Shown in pieces: positions 62,581 to 64,000 of a stretch of 64,000 bases of DNA (position 1 is the stretch's first letter; each line of letters begins with the position of its first letter). A model generated the notes under the pieces. It worked only from the letters and a program-made list of their open reading frames with translations. It did not search any database and was not told the DNA's origin. This DNA is from the human T2T-CHM13v2.0 reference genome, Homo sapiens. The DNA lies in NCBI RefSeq assembly GCF_009914755.1, contig NC_060946.1. The stretch is one strand, 5' to 3'. Made by a program: the position numbers and the translations under genes.

Positions 62581-63379
62581 GGGTATGCTGGGCATGGGTG
62601 TAGCAGCCTGTGTGTGTCCACCCGAGGTGGCCCTGCCCTGTTTCCACACACAGCCTACCTAGAGCTAGAGAAGGCTCCAGGAGTTGAGTGCTTGGCTCCA
62701 GGGCCTGGGCAGATGGCGCATCTGGCCGGGATAAGGTGTAGGCCTGGGAGAACAGGGTCAGTGCAGGCCACAGGTGAGGCCAGATGCAGACAGGAGCGCC
62801 ATGAGAGGGCAAGGGCTTCCAGGCTGGCACATGGGCCTCTCATGCACCTTTCCCACAGACTGGTCGGAGGTGCCCAGCAGGACCCTGGATGGCTCTCTGG
62901 GAGTAAGCTAAGAGGTCACATCTGGATGGAACCAGATGTGAGGGCTTTGACCCCCACGGAGCCAGGTGCCCCTGGGAAATGCCGGCATTGTGTGAAGGAG
63001 TGTCTTGTATCAAAGCAGATATGCCCTGCCCCCTACCCTCATCCCACGGTTCCTAGCAGGTTCCATCGCCTTCCGCACTTGATGCTGCTGGATCCTCCCA
63101 AGGTCCCTTTGCAGGTTGGAACCTGCGGCTCCAAGGTGAGGTGGCTTGCCTGGGACCACACAGTGGTTGGGTGTGGAGTCCGGACAAGGTACATCCTGAT
63201 CCAGGGCCCCCTACTCTGATCCACGGGTGTCTGGGCTCCAGAAAGCTTTCTCTGACCTTCTTGTTCTCGGGAAAGAGCGGTGCCTCCAGGATTCAGGCCT
63301 GAGTCGTGCCCGGGACCATGTGGATCCCTTTCGTTCCTGTGTCACCTGGGGGTGAGGCAGACATTCCTAGTCCTGCTTG

Positions 63380-63509
63380 GGGCATCGTAAGATGGGCTGC
63401 TGTGGTGTCCCCTCCCCACCAGGGCTGCTCTGAGGGCCCTGGTCCTGATTTGGACATCATAAGATGGGCTGCTGTGGTGTCCCCTCTCCCCCAGGGCTGC
63501 TCTGAGGGC
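63380..63509. repeat. 72-bp-period tandem duplication
   Basis: taagatgggctgctgtggtgtcccct...ccagggctgctctgagggc at 63388 and 63460. Confidence 0.85.
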
Positions 63510-64000
63510 ACCCCTGGGGAACATCATGCAAAGTCCTCCGTGCCCCTCTGGGGCACGGGGTGAGGTCCCTCCCTGTGGTGTCTCAGTGAGCAGGAGGCAG
63601 GCACAGCATGAATGTGGCCTCTGACAGCACAGCCATGCTGAAGACCCCTCAGCCTGGGCTCCCAGGGCCCCTGACCCTGACCTGGACAAGGCTGGGCCTG
63701 CAGCACCCTGGAAGGCAGGGAGCCCCCCAGGTCAGTGCGTCTGAGCTCGGGGAGGAAAACGCCAGCCGAGGGCTGGGCGGCTCGGCTCTGACCCAGACGC
63801 CTGGCATAGTCTTGGCAGGTGCCAGCCCCGTCTAGCCCCAGTGTCAACAGCAGACCCGTATCCTCTCCTCTCACCTCCTGGGCAAGGCCACTGTCCATGA
63901 AAAGCTTGCAAGAACTGGAGGAGCTGCATGAGCAGGATGGGACCAGGTGATGGCGGCTCGCTGGTTTTCCAGGCACACACTAAGGGGCCCAGCCCATCAA

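Noticed and set aside
63699-63720. Full RE1/NRSE site (tgcagcaccctggaaggc) and other CAGCACC hits
   Set aside because: The right half deviates at key positions; no canonical 21-bp RE1 was found.

Overview
Human genomic DNA, very GC-rich with many local tandem duplications (subtelomere-like). It contains the CpG-island promoter and first coding exon of TAFA5 (FAM19A5, a secreted neurokine, 22q13.3). CDS 2079-2190 encodes MAPSPRTGSRQDATALPSMSSTFWAFMILASLLIAYC followed by a phase-1 GTGAGT donor. The remaining ~62 kb is intron 1; no downstream TAFA5 exon (QLAAGTCE...) is visible. The intron holds four Alus, a 5'-inverted L1MA, MaLR/ERVL LTRs, MER DNA transposons, L2/MIR fragments, many VNTRs, a ~0.9 kb UG-rich tract and several AT-rich motif-dense islands that look like enhancers. 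Nearly all ORFs in the track are GC- or repeat-driven noise. I found no evidence of a foreign or prokaryote-type system. The best leads are hypotheses: (1) a (CGG)6-AGG-AUG strong-Kozak uORF just ahead of a weak TAFA5 start; (2) an antisense three-exon model (near where I recall lncRNA LOC284933) whose junctions join into a 174-aa ORF with an internally repeated FRIPQxSL motif; (3) a frame-preserving 36-nt candidate TAFA5 cassette exon at 52046-52081; (4) VNTRs that multiply TF or splice-site motifs.
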